Positions 13,201 through 25,562 of a stretch of 64,000 nucleotides of DNA are shown here, one piece after another. Location of the stretch: NCBI RefSeq assembly GCF_964355755.1, contig NC_092680.1, positions 7,626,001 to 7,690,000 of the forward strand, in the 5' to 3' direction. A model generated the notes under the pieces. The model searched no databases. It had not been told where the DNA came from and saw nothing but the letters and a program-made list of their open reading frames with translations. Within the stretch, counting starts at the first letter, position 1. Each line of letters opens with the position of its first letter. Source of the stretch: Antedon mediterranea. Its lineage: Eukaryota > Animalia > Echinodermata. A program made the position numbers and the translations under genes.

Positions 13201-16200
13201 GTTTATATATATATATATATACATATATACAAGAGTTATCGAAGAAGCAGAAATAGTTGAGGTGCGACATAAATCATCAAATTAAAGAAAACAAAACTTA
13301 GGAAAGAAAGAAATCAAATCATAAAGAATATTCATACTGAGCTTAATAAAAAAAAAAGAAGACACACTAAAAGAAAAGATAGCTGAAATTGAAAAATTCA
13401 AAGATGACTCAACAAGAATGTACCAAGCAGTAAAAACCTAAAACTTAACGAAAATAAAAGACTTATGGTAGGAACAGAGTTCGGTATAACGAAGAACAGG
13501 TAGAAATAATTAGCAATTTCTTTGAAAGCGTCTATCATAAATCCAAGGAAAACCCTATAAAACATTAAACCTATTGAAATGAAGTCTCCCTTTACACGTG
13601 ATGAAGTTGCCAAAGCAGCCAAATGCGAAAAATAATAAAAGACCAGGAAGTGACCAAGTATACTCTGAAATGGTAAAATATGCACATATAGAAGTTTTAA
13701 ACCGCATAGCAGAAATATATAACCAAACAGCTAAAACAGGAAACATACCAATCAATCAAATGAACGAAAGCATATTGTATGCAATACCGAAACCAGGCAA
13801 GAAAAAAGGTCCACTAAAAACATTCGACCCATCATCCTTCTGTCGGTTCTTAGGAAAATACTAGCAATATGCTTACTTAATAGGATAAACGGCAGATGTA
13901 ACAAAGGCCGTGTATCGCAAAGGACGAAGAACTACCGAACATGTACACACATACAAAATGTTAGCAGTAAAGGCAATTGCGTCATCTAACTATGAAATAA
14001 TATTACTACTTTGACATGACCAGTGCATTTGACACTGTGCGGAGGAATACTCTATTCGACATACTGACACATTATATTACAAGATTATGAACTACACATG
14101 TAGAAAGTTTTGATAAACAATGTAAAATTAAGCGTTGGAATTGGAAAACATACAGGAAAATTGTTTACTACTACGAGTACCACAAGGTGACTGTATGTCG
14201 CTGGTACTGTTCACACTATACCCAGCAAGGGCACTCGAATCAGCAAACACAATACCACTATCCCTACAACAGCTTAATGTCCAGATGCAGTATGCAGACA
14301 ACATTTCATTCATTAGCGATTCAATAAAATAAAGAAAAATGTTAACAGAGAAATTAGCAGATTTCAATCTAAAGATAAATGAAAGTAAAACAGAAGAATA
14401 GTAAATGGGAAGAATGCAAATACCTCGGTAGTAACTTGGACACAGAAAAAGACACTAGCAGCTATGGCATATAACAAGCTGAAGTCGTCGCTAAAACACA
14501 AATCGATGTCTATAGACGTGAAATGCCGTTTGTTTGACGCATACATAGAAAGTATTTTCTTATACAGCAGTGAACTCTGGGTACTAAAGAAAATCACAAG
14601 AGACTATAGATATATATGACAGGAAAATGATAGAGTGTTTAACATGAAAATATACGAGATAACAAAACAAGAAGAATAGAGTAATATAATTAAACAAAGG
14701 AGACTAAAATGGTATGGACACATAATTAGATTACCGGATGATACCCCAATCAAACAAACAATGAAGGAAACTAACAGGAAAGTAAAACGACCCGTAGGAA
14801 GACCAAGAAATAACTGGATGAATCAAATAAAGAAAGTCTTACAAGGACATGTAAACACCAACACAATAACAAAACATCCTGCCATAAACAGACAAAAATG
14901 GAAACAAATTGTGGAAAGCATAATGTCTGAAGACGGAAAACGTTAAGAAGAAGATCTTAACCGACTATTGGCAGTCACTCATCTAGATAGGTGTCATGTC
15001 TGTTAATTAAACGAATACAATGTTTATTGCATCTCTACAGGAAACAACACATCTTGTAACGAAGGTTAAATAAAGAGTGTTTGTACCTGTGTTGAAGGGG
15101 TTGTATGTATTACTAAAACATATCTAGATTATCAATATTATTATTGTCGATAATCTTCTTGCTCATGAATGCTGATCACACTCAAGATCATCAGATTATT
15201 ACACAAATCCTTATTAATATAAATGTTCATTTCATTTATACTTTTGTTGTTTGTATTTCAGCTATATATCTAAAAGGAGGAAGTTTGATGTGTCATTCAT
15301 TATCAATGGTGTATTGGGAGCCCTGGTGGCCGTAACAGGTAAGACGAGTTTCTGTCGAGAGCCCGATTGTCATATCTAGGCCTTAATTTCCGTGACATAA
15401 GAGGGAGTCTTGATAGCTCCGATTTTCATAATTAGGTGCCCTTGTATTTGTAACAGGTAAGACGAGTTTCTATCGAGAGCCCGATTGTCATATCTTATAT
15501 GCCTTAATTTCCGTGAGATAAGAGGGAGTCTTGATAGAGAGAGTATTGATATCTCCCATTGTCCTAAATAGATGACTTGGTATTTGTAACAGGTAGGAAG
15601 AGTATTGCTAGCCCCGATTGTCATTACGTGTCCCGGTTTCCGCAAGAATCTTGCCGAGAATCATGATTGTTGAGCCGTACCGGTATAGTTTACCATTGAT
15701 TGGCGAGCCTTAGATGGTAAACTATACCGGTACGGCTCAACAATCATGATTCTCGGCAAGATTCTAGCGGAAACCGGGGATTCCGAACAGTTTTCGGAAA
15801 ATATGCGAAAGATAGAACATTGTGTTAATTTCAGAGGTTTATCATTTCCAATGTTTATAAGCTCCGAAATCCTCCGCCGCACACTCCACTGTCTTGTTAG
15901 TGTTTTATGGATAGTAATTCATTAGATTTTTCATTCTTTACGACAAAGCTACATTATAATAACGAATTCGAACAACCAATTGGTTTAAGATATCCAATTA
16001 ATATCGGAATACAATATTAACCTGTATTGTGTTTGTTTTAATAAAGGAGTACGAATAACAAAGCTAATCTTCTATGTCGCTTGATAAAATTGAGACGTTA
16101 ATTACCAGTCGATCTATTGTATATAACAAATGATATTATCTGTCGTTATATTGTTCGATTTTTGGGTTATTTTTAGTTATTCTCATATTGATAATTGAAG

Positions 16201-18124
16201 TATTAACTGTCTATCTGTATGCTGTTTTGTCCCACTATTCGTAGAATTTATGGGGCTCCTAAAAAGTATTAGGTGATAAGGCGCTGGAGTATTTTGATCA
16301 TTTTACGTACTTATGCCATATTTTAACTTCGAATCTAAGAGATGAGGCAGATATAAAACGCCAATATAGATCTCTATGTATTAGAGGTAATGTTTTATGT
16401 AGGAAATTTTCATACTGCTCAAAATCAATCAAATGTGTTCACCTTTATGGTTTTAATCATTTAAAAAAATATATCAACCGAGTTTGTTATAATGATGCTT
16501 TCCGGCGGTTATTGGGACAACCCAGATTTGTTAGTGCGAGGAATTTGTTTGTGGAAAACAATATTCCATCATTTTATGAATATTTGAGGATTTCGACCTA
16601 CCGATTTCTTACAAGAATAATGAAAAGCGAAAACAGAATGTTAATTTGTATATATAAATATTTGTTGATGGATTCAAACATGTACTACAAATGGAGAGAG
16701 GCATTATATACCAATAGATAAAAGTGTTGGTCCTCTCTCCTTCATCTTTTTTTTGTGTAATGTATTATACCATATAGACAATTGTCTGAAATAAAAGTTG
16801 AATTGAATTGTAATATACAGGTGATATTTCATAAATTACTAATAGTATATAATTGAATAAAGCAAATAAAGTTATGATATACTTAATAACAATGTATGAA
16901 GGTTTTAATACTTATGTTTTATATAAAATGTTAGCGTTTTGTGCATTGTGTCGGCCTTATGAGGGTATCATTATTGGAGCTGTCGGAGCACTGATTGCAT
17001 GTTGTGGGTCAGTTTTAATGGAAAAACTAAAAATAGATGACCCTGTTGGTGTATTTCCGGTTCATGGTTTGAGCGCAATTTGGAGCATGTTAGCTGTTGG
17101 CGTGTTTGGCCGTATTGATACTGAAGGCAACCTAATAAGACACGATGGTATGTTGCATTTAATATTATTTCTCTTAAAATGTTTTTTTTTTTTTACTTTA
17201 AGAAGCTAAATAAATTATTAATTGTAAAATAAGACGATTCAAGATAAAAAGAAACCAACTTACATTGAATTCCTCTTACATTAATATAATACATACTGTA
17301 TTTAATTTTATTTAATAATTTTTAATTTTTATGAACTACTATTATTTTTTCCTTTTTTTTCACATGCTGTCACAATGCTTCGAGACGTTTATGCGCGTTA
17401 TAAATTTAAAACCATTAACCTGTATTTATTTATTTATTGTATTGTAGGACTGTTGTCTGGTGGAGGGTTTAAACTACTTGGTATCCAGGCTCTAGGATGT
17501 GTAGCAATATGCGCATGGAGCGCTAGCTGTTCTTTTATTTTACTTAAACTTCTTGATATAACAATTGGTCTGCGCATGTCGAAACACGAGGAAATACTTG
17601 GCGCAGACTTGACAGAGCATTCCATACGAGGCTCTTACGATAGAAGAACTGGTATATTACGAGACGAACAAGGAAATTTGGTCTGTGTTGTAAACAAATT
17701 TGGCGATGATAACTATTTTAAAGAACTTAAAGAAATAGTGAAACAACTTCATTTTGGTGGTTCAGCTATTGACAACGATGTCTCAGAATATTGTTACGGG
17801 CGACGTAAATCAGCTTTAGGATTCACTCGATCGGTTTCTCTTCGACGATCATCGCGGTTGTCCCGTCAGATGTCGGGGAGTAGGCATAGACATCCAAAGA
17901 GCAAATCACACGACGATACAGCAGAAGACGTTCTCAGTCCCGAGGACGTTGTTTTAGAAAACGTTCATGCTTCAATTAAGGAAGAAATATTTTCAATTGA
18001 TGGGATCTTGAGAGATAATGATCAATTGGTTACTGACGACATCAGCATTAATGAAAATGCACTCAATCGAAATGATAGTATTGGTCGATCGAATGGCAGT
18101 AATGATTCAGGGGTCGGCATGTAA
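6522..18124 (+). CDS. amt: Ammonium transporter (Amt/Mep family) paralogue B, complete 6-exon CDS, 604 aa
   Basis: Exons 6522-7237, 9461-9532, 11292-11351, 15262-15338, 16935-17147 and 17448-18124 all have GT-AG boundaries and join to 1815 nt in frame. Motifs: MQSGFGLLESG, DIAGAGAVH, WWGWLGFNCGS, NGVLGALVAVT, DDPVGVFPVHG, EEILGAD. A probable 5'UTR acceptor lies at 6466. Confidence 0.95.
7560..7906 (+). mobile_element. PIF/Harbinger-like MITE family H2 (AGCTCTGTCTACAC TIR) interrupted by a LINE 3' tail
   Basis: The two MITE halves flank ~7660-7850, which on the minus strand ends in an A-rich tract plus (TATCG)n. Confidence 0.7.
9060..9182 (-). mobile_element. RTE-clade LINE C-terminal remnant
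   Basis: MTWKPEGMRRVGRPKTTWRRTVE is typical of the RTE ORF C-terminus. Confidence 0.7.
9461..9532 (+). CDS. amt: Amt B coding exon 2
   Basis: ttctag| WGWLGFNCGSTYGITDYRWEFAAR |gtgagt. Confidence 0.93.
10615..10966. mobile_element. Kolobok-like MITE copy
   Basis: Collinear with 3344-3676 (tgtattgtcccc...gggggacaa). Confidence 0.65.
11292..11351 (+). CDS. amt: Amt B coding exon 3
   Basis: ttacag| SAVATITSSVAGGTTGILLS |gtaaat. Confidence 0.92.
   Translation: MSCCYYYVICCWWYHWYIA
12190..14954 (+). mobile_element. Decayed RTE-clade LINE (APE endonuclease plus RT) in Amt intron 3
   Basis: LAGDMNAKTG, NQIDYILV, RPGSDQV, VPQGDCMS, QYADNI and RPVGRPRNNW motifs across frameshifts; (AAG)n tail at ~14945. 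Confidence 0.88.
15262..15338 (+). CDS. amt: Amt B coding exon 4
   Basis: tttcag| YISKRRKFDVSFIINGVLGALVAVT |gtaaga. Confidence 0.92.
15332..15625 (+). repeat. ~118-136 bp tandem duplication containing the Amt exon 4 donor
   Basis: gtaacagGTA(A/G)GA occurs three times, with GT at 15339, 15457 and 15593. Confidence 0.8.
15631..15779. repeat. Near-perfect palindrome (foldback/MITE-like)
   Basis: ~65-bp inverted arms cccggtttccgc...tttaccat / atggtaaa...gcggaaaccggg around a ~16-nt loop. Confidence 0.85.
16290..16812 (+). mobile_element. 3' fragment of a non-LTR retrotransposon with (GAATT)n tail
   Basis: Decayed post-RT peptide (DIKRQYRSLCIRGNVL...YNDAFRRLLG); AATAAA plus tail; the 3' part recurs at 57953-58162. 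Confidence 0.75.
16935..17147 (+). CDS. amt: Amt B coding exon 5
   Basis: gttag| AFCALCRPYEG...IDDPVGVFPVHG...RHDG |gtatgt. Confidence 0.92.
17448..18124 (+). CDS. amt: Amt B coding exon 6 (last TM helix and long cytoplasmic tail)
   Basis: ttgtag| GLLSGGGFKLLGIQ...GLRMSKHEEILGADLTEH...TAA. Confidence 0.92.
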
Positions 18125-18844
18125 CCATTTTGATAATCTCTGCTATAATGTAAATGTATGCAAGCAAATGTAAATACTGTAGAGAAAAGATTATATTATA
18201 GTGGCTGGATCCTGAAAATACATCTGTCACGTGTGACAACAAATATTAAATACTTGAAAAATTGCAGCGAATTTAAAAATTCTAAAGATTTTAACAGAGG
18301 TGCAATCTTATTAATACAAGTTCAAGTACTGTACTTTAAAATGGCAAAACAATATCTTATCGTCACGTTTACAATACGAATAACTAAAGATAACAAATCA
18401 ATATTTATATTAATATTTATAAGTAATTAAAATGCTGATTAGTTGATACCATCAGCACCAGATATGTTTCAAAATTTAATAGACTTGTATGCCTTTCACT
18501 CTGGTTAGTTAGAAAAAGACGCTTTTTACTTACGTTGTTAGTTCATAAAATGTCTGATTATGATTGTAATTCGGCTATGTATGGTTTTACACGTTTTTTA
18601 TCTACCTTTTAAAACTTTAAATCTGTTTTGTACAGTCTATACCCAACTCACCAATTTTAGTGACGTCATCATGGTCCCCTGCCCCTATTTCTTTTAATTT
18701 GAACCGATTAATTAATTACGGGTGGAATCAATACGTGGGTGAGTTTGTTTCTTATTAAAACGAGCGTTTGTTTATCTTAATTTAAATTTTAACAAACAAG
18801 AGTTATTCATAATATTTTATCATCGTATCGAATACTTCAATTAA

Positions 18845-18965
18845 ACTGAATTGATTATATTTAAGCTTCTAATTGATCCATAATTTAAGCTACTCTAATA
18901 AATCGATTAGCTTTAAGCTTATATAATGGATCGATTAGGTTTAAGTTTATATAATGAATCGATTG
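18845..18965. repeat. ~29-bp minisatellite, about 4 degenerate units
   Basis: atcgattag.tttaag.ttatataatg units. Confidence 0.55.
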
Positions 18966-19127
18966 GCTAACTAACTTAACGAACTAGCTAATCTCCATTA
19001 CTGAGTTAAATTGCAAACTTGTTTAATATAACGTATACATAAAATATAATCAAACAATATTGTAACACCATCAATAGTAATGTTGATAATCAACTCTGTC
19101 GTCGATACGTACGTGTAGGTGTTTTAA

Positions 19128-20434
19128 TCTATATATAAATTATGGTTAATTCTGACATAGGCGAGCACAAGGCAAAAACTTCGGTACAAATCTCCGCCTT
19201 GGATACCTACCTTATCTATCCGAGATGTACCGCGAAACGTAGATTTGATAACATTAGTGTGCACGCCGACGCTATTGTTCCATATTTATATCTTAGGAAG
19301 ATAATATAAAGAGTTTTTTAACAACATTTATGATTTCAACATTGGATTTTCCTCTCAATTTCAATTCTTTCCGGTCAAAGTAATTTCCGGGTTTAAGATA
19401 TTAAGTTCACCTTAGTTTCAAATATTTTCTCTCTTTTATACACCAGGGAGCAGTTAAAATAATAGATTAGACCCTAAAGGTGACTGGAAACAGGCACTTT
19501 CCATCAATCAATACAGTGTCCCTTTGGAAGACGAAAAAAAAATTGGCCATTAATCATAGCCATTTCAGTTTTTTGTTTATTTTAAAACATACCACACGTG
19601 TGTGAAGGTACAGTAGTTAAATAATAGGAATTATACTGCAAATTAATAAAGATCAAATTAAATATACGCCATAAAGAATCAGAATATATTGTGGGGAATA
19701 GTATTATAAAATTACATAGGGAGATTTGATAAGACATTTTTCGAGTGAAATCCCGATAGCTGAGTTTTATTGAGTAAGCTTGCAGGAATAACTGTAGGCT
19801 ATCTTCCTGTGTCCCGTTAGGACCGAGATGTCTGCCCATGTTGCAAGCCGTAATGTCTTCTTTCTTAGGCCCACTCTGTCACGGCAGTTAGTTTCAAAAG
19901 ATGATTAAATTAAATAATGTATTAATAATTATTAGGATGGTATTCATTTGAATAAACGCCTCTCCAATAAAACATCACTTTGAATAATAACACCCCCCCC
20001 CCCCACAACCCAACTATCTAATAAACGTCCATCCACATATTTATAATAACACAATTATATCACACTGTTATCTGCAATTTACCAAGCATTTGTTATTCTT
20101 TTTTACCACTTTTCATATCTATGAGAGGATTTCATTTGATTATAAATGTTACCATATTATTAGAACTAAAAAATTTAACATATATCCCTCGAATAAGCAC
20201 CTCCCTCAAATGACCTCCGCCTCCCCAAAGGGCCCTACCAAACAATAAAAACTATACTTTAAAATGTTATTAATCATCTAAAACACTGTGAAACAAAGTA
20301 GTTTAGTTTTACGAATGTCAAGCATTTTCAATAATGGTAACCGACAGAAAATGTATAAGGAGAACATTATCATTCCGAGAACCATCGTCTACACTTCCTA
20401 GAGGGGGAGCGAGCGAAGCGAGCTCACCCTCTAG
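19128..20434 (+). mobile_element. Non-autonomous Helitron, family Hel-B, full length (1307 bp)
   Basis: A|TCTATATATAAATT ... hairpin-CTAG|T, no TSD; empty site visible in the duplicated flank at 28239/28240. Confidence 0.88.
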
Positions 20435-21398
20435 TATAAATGATTATAATAGGCCCATCAATACTTTAGCTGCTTTGTGTCAGAATACCTGAATATATTA
20501 AATGTTTGAAACGATCGAAGAAGAAGAGTAAAATAAGATAAACTTTATTGTCACGTTTACCACTAAATGTATACATGGATTTTTTTTTTATAAGCCATCG
20601 CTTATGATTGGTCAATTCACTTGCGTTACGTTACGTCCTTGTGTTGCGTCGCCAGTGCGTACCACGCTTTAAGGTATACATGGATTTTTGAAAAATAATA
20701 TCATAATTAATTAATTAAGATAAAAAGTAATATTTTAAGAATAATATAATTATAAGTTCTCAGATTTGCTTGTGTAATATTCTGTACACTGTAAAAACAG
20801 TGTTTAGCTGTTAAACATAAAATACACGTATCACACCTAAACATGTTTAGCATTGTGTTTAAAACAAATAAACACATTTCTAAACATTTCATATGTTTAG
20901 ATTCTAAACACAACCGTTTATACAACAATATTTCAATGTTTTTAGGTTTTTTAGAATATAGGGTATTGCAACGTTAACATTATTGCTAATCACATTTCTA
21001 AGCACGTCCTAAACACCAGTGTTTAAGTTGTATACGCCTTTTGTGTTTAATATTTGTTCGTGCTTAGTATATATTATGTTTAGTAAAATTAACGTTTGAA
21101 TCTTAAACATGATCGTGTTTAATAAAACAAACTTACACGTTTATTTTGTTTGTGCTTATTAAAATTGGTGTTTAGAAGTAAAAGCGTTTGTTTAAATTAT
21201 GCTTAGAGAATTTACGTTTCAAATCTAAACACTACTGTGTTTAATAACACACTTATTGTGTTTAATATCTGTTTGTGCTTACTAAAATTGGTGTTTAGAA
21301 GTGAAAGTGTTTGTTAAAATTATGTTTAGAGAATTTACGTTTCAAATCTAAACACCACTGTGTTTAATAACACATTTATTGTTATTGTTATATTTTTA

Positions 21399-22575
21399 CT
21401 AGATGGTACGCTCGCTTCGCTCGCATACCATCTAGGTCGTGCCCACAGATGGTTCTCGAATACATAATAATTTCAGTGTTAAAAAATTGGCGATTTCAAA
21501 ATGTACGTACCGCAGGACAATAATACATGTTGTTTACAGGAACGAATAAATAGACACTGTGATTTATGCATTTAACTAAAATTAGCACCCTGGGAATTAC
21601 TTCCGAAAGAGAAACTTGTCACAAAATAAGACAAACTTAATTGTGTTTTATATGTAACATTAGGGTTGAGGTGGGGAAGAGGATGGGTGCAAACAGGAAC
21701 AATTTTTAAATATATTCTTTATCCATTTAGTAACGAAATATTAATTGTTTTCATGTTTTACAAATAATATACCACTAAACACAGTAAAACATTGCGATGT
21801 AATACTTGTTGAAACTATCACCGTCCTAGTCGATTGAAAAGTACAGTACATGTAACGATACGGTACATCACTACGACGTGTGTATATGTTTATTATTATA
21901 ATGTAAACAATTTGTGAAAACCACCTCTATTCGGGGCAAATCATAAATTCGATTTAATCGTCAATAAATATTAAATTATCTAACTCAACTAAATTAGTAG
22001 GCCTAATGGTTTTCAATTGTTTCCAATTCATACTTAAGCTGGTTCCTACGCTACCCACCAAAGTTGTTGTGCGTTTAGGGCATGTGATGCACTGTAGGCC
22101 TATCCTCTACTGTCTTTACAACGCTACTCATGCCAGTGAGGGAAGGGTGATGATGTGGGTGGTTTAACTGCAATAATAAAGATTTGTACATAAATATACG
22201 GCGACTGAAAACGCTAGCTCATTATCTGTTTAAAAAAAAGTCTATATTCAAACCTCTGCAGCACAGATTGGAGGAGATATGAAAATGCGAAGCCTCCTCG
22301 CATTTTTGTGGCGGGTATTTTTCAAGATGGACATCCATTAGACAGTGTATACCACGATCGGAAAACACCCCTATTTGGGGCAAATCGTTGAACCTAAATT
22401 CGTTTTAATCGTCAATAACTAATTATCTAACTTAATTTAATTAGTAAATAGGGTTACATCAGGTGGTTAAAATCAGTACCGAAAGTACGAACCAACTTTA
22501 TATACCATCGAGTACAAATTCTAAAAGTAAGGCGCGATTTAGCGAATTTTGCCCTTACGTAAATTTATATATAGA
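21399..22575 (-). mobile_element. Non-autonomous Helitron, family Hel-A, both termini present
   Basis: Minus strand A|TCTATATATAAATTTACG at 22575 to hairpin-CTAG|T at 21399; homologous to 47399-48727. Confidence 0.85.
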
Positions 22576-22751
22576 TTATGCTGGCATGCATTTGGAAATG
22601 TGTATGGGATTGAATAGATCCATGGTAAATTGTTTGTTGGATTGATGACTGCTGATTTCGATTTACGGTACCAACATGTTGTTTTGGAAAGAAAAGTAAA
22701 TAGATTCATTTAGATACGTTTTATTATATTATAATTTGATTAATAGAGTAA

Positions 22752-23322
22752 TAGCCTGGGTGCAGAACAATTAATATACACATTTGCGAGAAAAAAGTAT
22801 AGGACATTTTTTGTTTGTTTTTCTGATAAAGTATACCATATAGAATGTCTGAAAAAATCCCCATCCCAAGGTCTTGGGGAAATTTTTTTATGGCACTTAA
22901 TGTTGGCCTATATAACACACAAATTCCTATTAACACACACAAATACCTATATATAGGAAATAGGGAAAATCAATTAATGGTTTTTGTTACTTGCAGTTGT
23001 GTTTAATGATTACTAATAGTAGAAGCTTACTTTAATAACTACTTCTCATAGTAGTTGATGAATCAAGTCAATACGATGACATCATCATGCCAGAATCCAA
23101 TATGGCGTCCAATTTGGCCCGAAAAACAGGGTATTGCTAAACCCCCGCAAACCCATGCAAACCTAAAAAAAAAACATAAAATTTAAAAGTGCCATAACAA
23201 ATTTTCCCCAAAACCCTGGGATTGGGATTTTTTTCTGACATTCTATATGGTATACTCTATCAGAAAAAAACATTTTTTCCTATACTTTTTTCCCGCAAAA
23301 TTTGTACTGCACCCACAGGCTA
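22752..23322. mobile_element. MITE with ~150-bp TIRs, TAG termini and 3-bp TSD (Academ-like)
   Basis: taa|TAGCCTGGGTGCAG...CTGCACCCACAGGCTA|taa; arms ~22752-22898 and ~23187-23322. Confidence 0.72.
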
Positions 23323-24063
23323 TAAATATTTTTTTTATGCATCGCTTTCGACCAAAATACACCACATTTCCAATCCTTTTACCACACGCCGTGCACCCCC
23401 ACCCCTACACACACACACACTAAAATTGATTGACCATGATGCATCAAAATACATGGTAGATGACGATCTTGGCATGAACAATTTCAAATTAAAAATATTA
23501 ATTATTTACATAAACACATATTTCATAACTAATATAAAACACTTTATGGCGTTAGGATTATAATTAAAGCTATAAATGTTTATGAAATGATGAAATATCC
23601 ATATATACATACAATAGCAACACCCCAAGGAAAGACTGATTATGATGGATGAGAAGAAAAAACCGCGAATCTAGTGCGCGCCTTTTCAGCAGAAGCCGTT
23701 GAGTTGGATGGGAGTGGTGTCGGGAAGGTAAAACAAAAATCGTTCTAATTCTTAGCTTTACGTTGATTAAAGTAATCATATATGTTATTTCAAATTGTTT
23801 GTATTGGTAATATGTAGTGATTATATTAAATTTGCCTTTTGGAATAATAGTTGCCTGCCGATGTCTTGTAAAGCCGGCCTAATTTTGGCCAACGGTCGAC
23901 AACAGCAGCTTCGAAAGTAGGTGAAAAGCAAAGAAATCGGCAAACCTAGAAATCGCCCCTTCCACTATCGGTATTATAACAATAAAAATAGCTATCCTAT
24001 CTTTTTTACTTTGAATACAGTTGATAATAGTCTAGAGGAAAAATGGAAAAACAGCACTGTGGT

Positions 24064-25560
24064 CATCTGGATCTGGATCTGGATGGATACTGACGAAGGA
24101 CCACATGGGTATATGCGCCAGGGGGTTGTTTTGAATTGATTGTATTTTATTAATTTGTTTTAGTTGATATGGATCCCATACTGTCTGCGCATATTCTAGT
24201 GTTGGCCGAACAAATGTCGTGTATGATTTATTTTTAATTTCAACAGGACAATTGTGAAAATTCCTTCTTAACATGTTTAATGTATCATTTGCTGTTTTTG
24301 TAATCTTATCAATGTGAGCTCCCCATGTTAGGTTATGGGTAAGTTCCACTCCAAGATATCTAAGTTATTTTGTTGATTGAAGTGTAACATTATGCATTGT
24401 ATATTCATACTGTTGATTATTTTTTCTATTACTGATTTTAATTACTTGGCATTTGTTAGGATTAAATTTCATTTGCCATTTTTCAGACCATGCCACTACT
24501 TTATCGAGATCTTTTTGGAGTTGCTTGGCATCATTGTTATTTTCGACAGATTAAAAAAAAATACAATCATCAGCAAATAATTTCATTTTCGAAGTAATAT
24601 TTTCTGTAATGTCGTTAATGTAAAGTAAAAACATGAGGGGTCCTAAAACTGTACCCTGTCGTACTCCTGATTTTACCTTTACTTTATCGGATGTGTATCC
24701 ATCCATAACTACCGATTGGGACCTATCGACTAACCATGATTTTATCCAATTATGTGTACAACCTCTTATTCCATAATAATTAACTTTGTATAAAAGCCTT
24801 TGATGAGAAACCGTGTCAAATGCTTTTGAAAAATCAAGTACTATACAATCGGTGATTTTCTTTACATCCATGTTTTTTGTTAATATTACTATTGTATTAA
24901 TTAATTGAGATTCACAACTATGGCCTTGTCTGAATCCATGTTGATTAATATTTAGTATATTTCTTTTTTCTAGGTGATCCATAACATTACTAAATATTAC
25001 ATGTTCCATAACTTTACAAGTCACACATGTAAGAGACACAGGCCTATAGTTAACTGGTAATGATCTATCACCTTTTTTAAATAAGGCTGTTACATTTGCT
25101 TCCTTCCAATCATGTGGCACTTCCCCTTCCTCTAAAGACTGCTGAAATATTTCAGTCAGGATGGATGCCACAAGATCTGCATTGTCTTTAATAATTTGTG
25201 TCGGAATCCTATCTATACCAATTGCTTTTTTGGGATTAAGTTTACTTAATAATTTGAATATTCCATCCGTATTAATTTAAATTTCAGGCATATTTGGATA
25301 TGGACTTTGGCCTTTGTCTGGAATATTCCTAGTATCTTCATTGGTAAATACTTTCTGAAATTGTTTAGATAACATTTCTGCTTTATCCTTTCCTTCAGTT
25401 GCATATTTACCGACTGTTTGCAGAGATGAGATTCCAACTCTATCTCGGTCTTAGACCTTTTACGAATGTATATAGTTTTTTAAGTGCACCACCACTATTT
25501 TCAATTTCATCGAACAAGCCTTCGACATACTGGTCATATGCCTTTTTAATTTCGATTTTT
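24064..25560 (-). mobile_element. 5'-truncated CR1/L2-group LINE (RT domain)
   Basis: WKEANVTALFKKG, NYRPVSLT, QHGFRQGHSC, LDFSKAFD, GVRQGTVLGP, LFADD; (CCAGAT)n tail at ~24064-24085. Confidence 0.9.
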
Positions 25561-25562
25561 TA

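Noticed and set aside
23850-23910. AATTTTGG Sm-like site suggesting an snRNA or SL RNA
   Set aside because: No recognisable snRNA body or SL donor arrangement.
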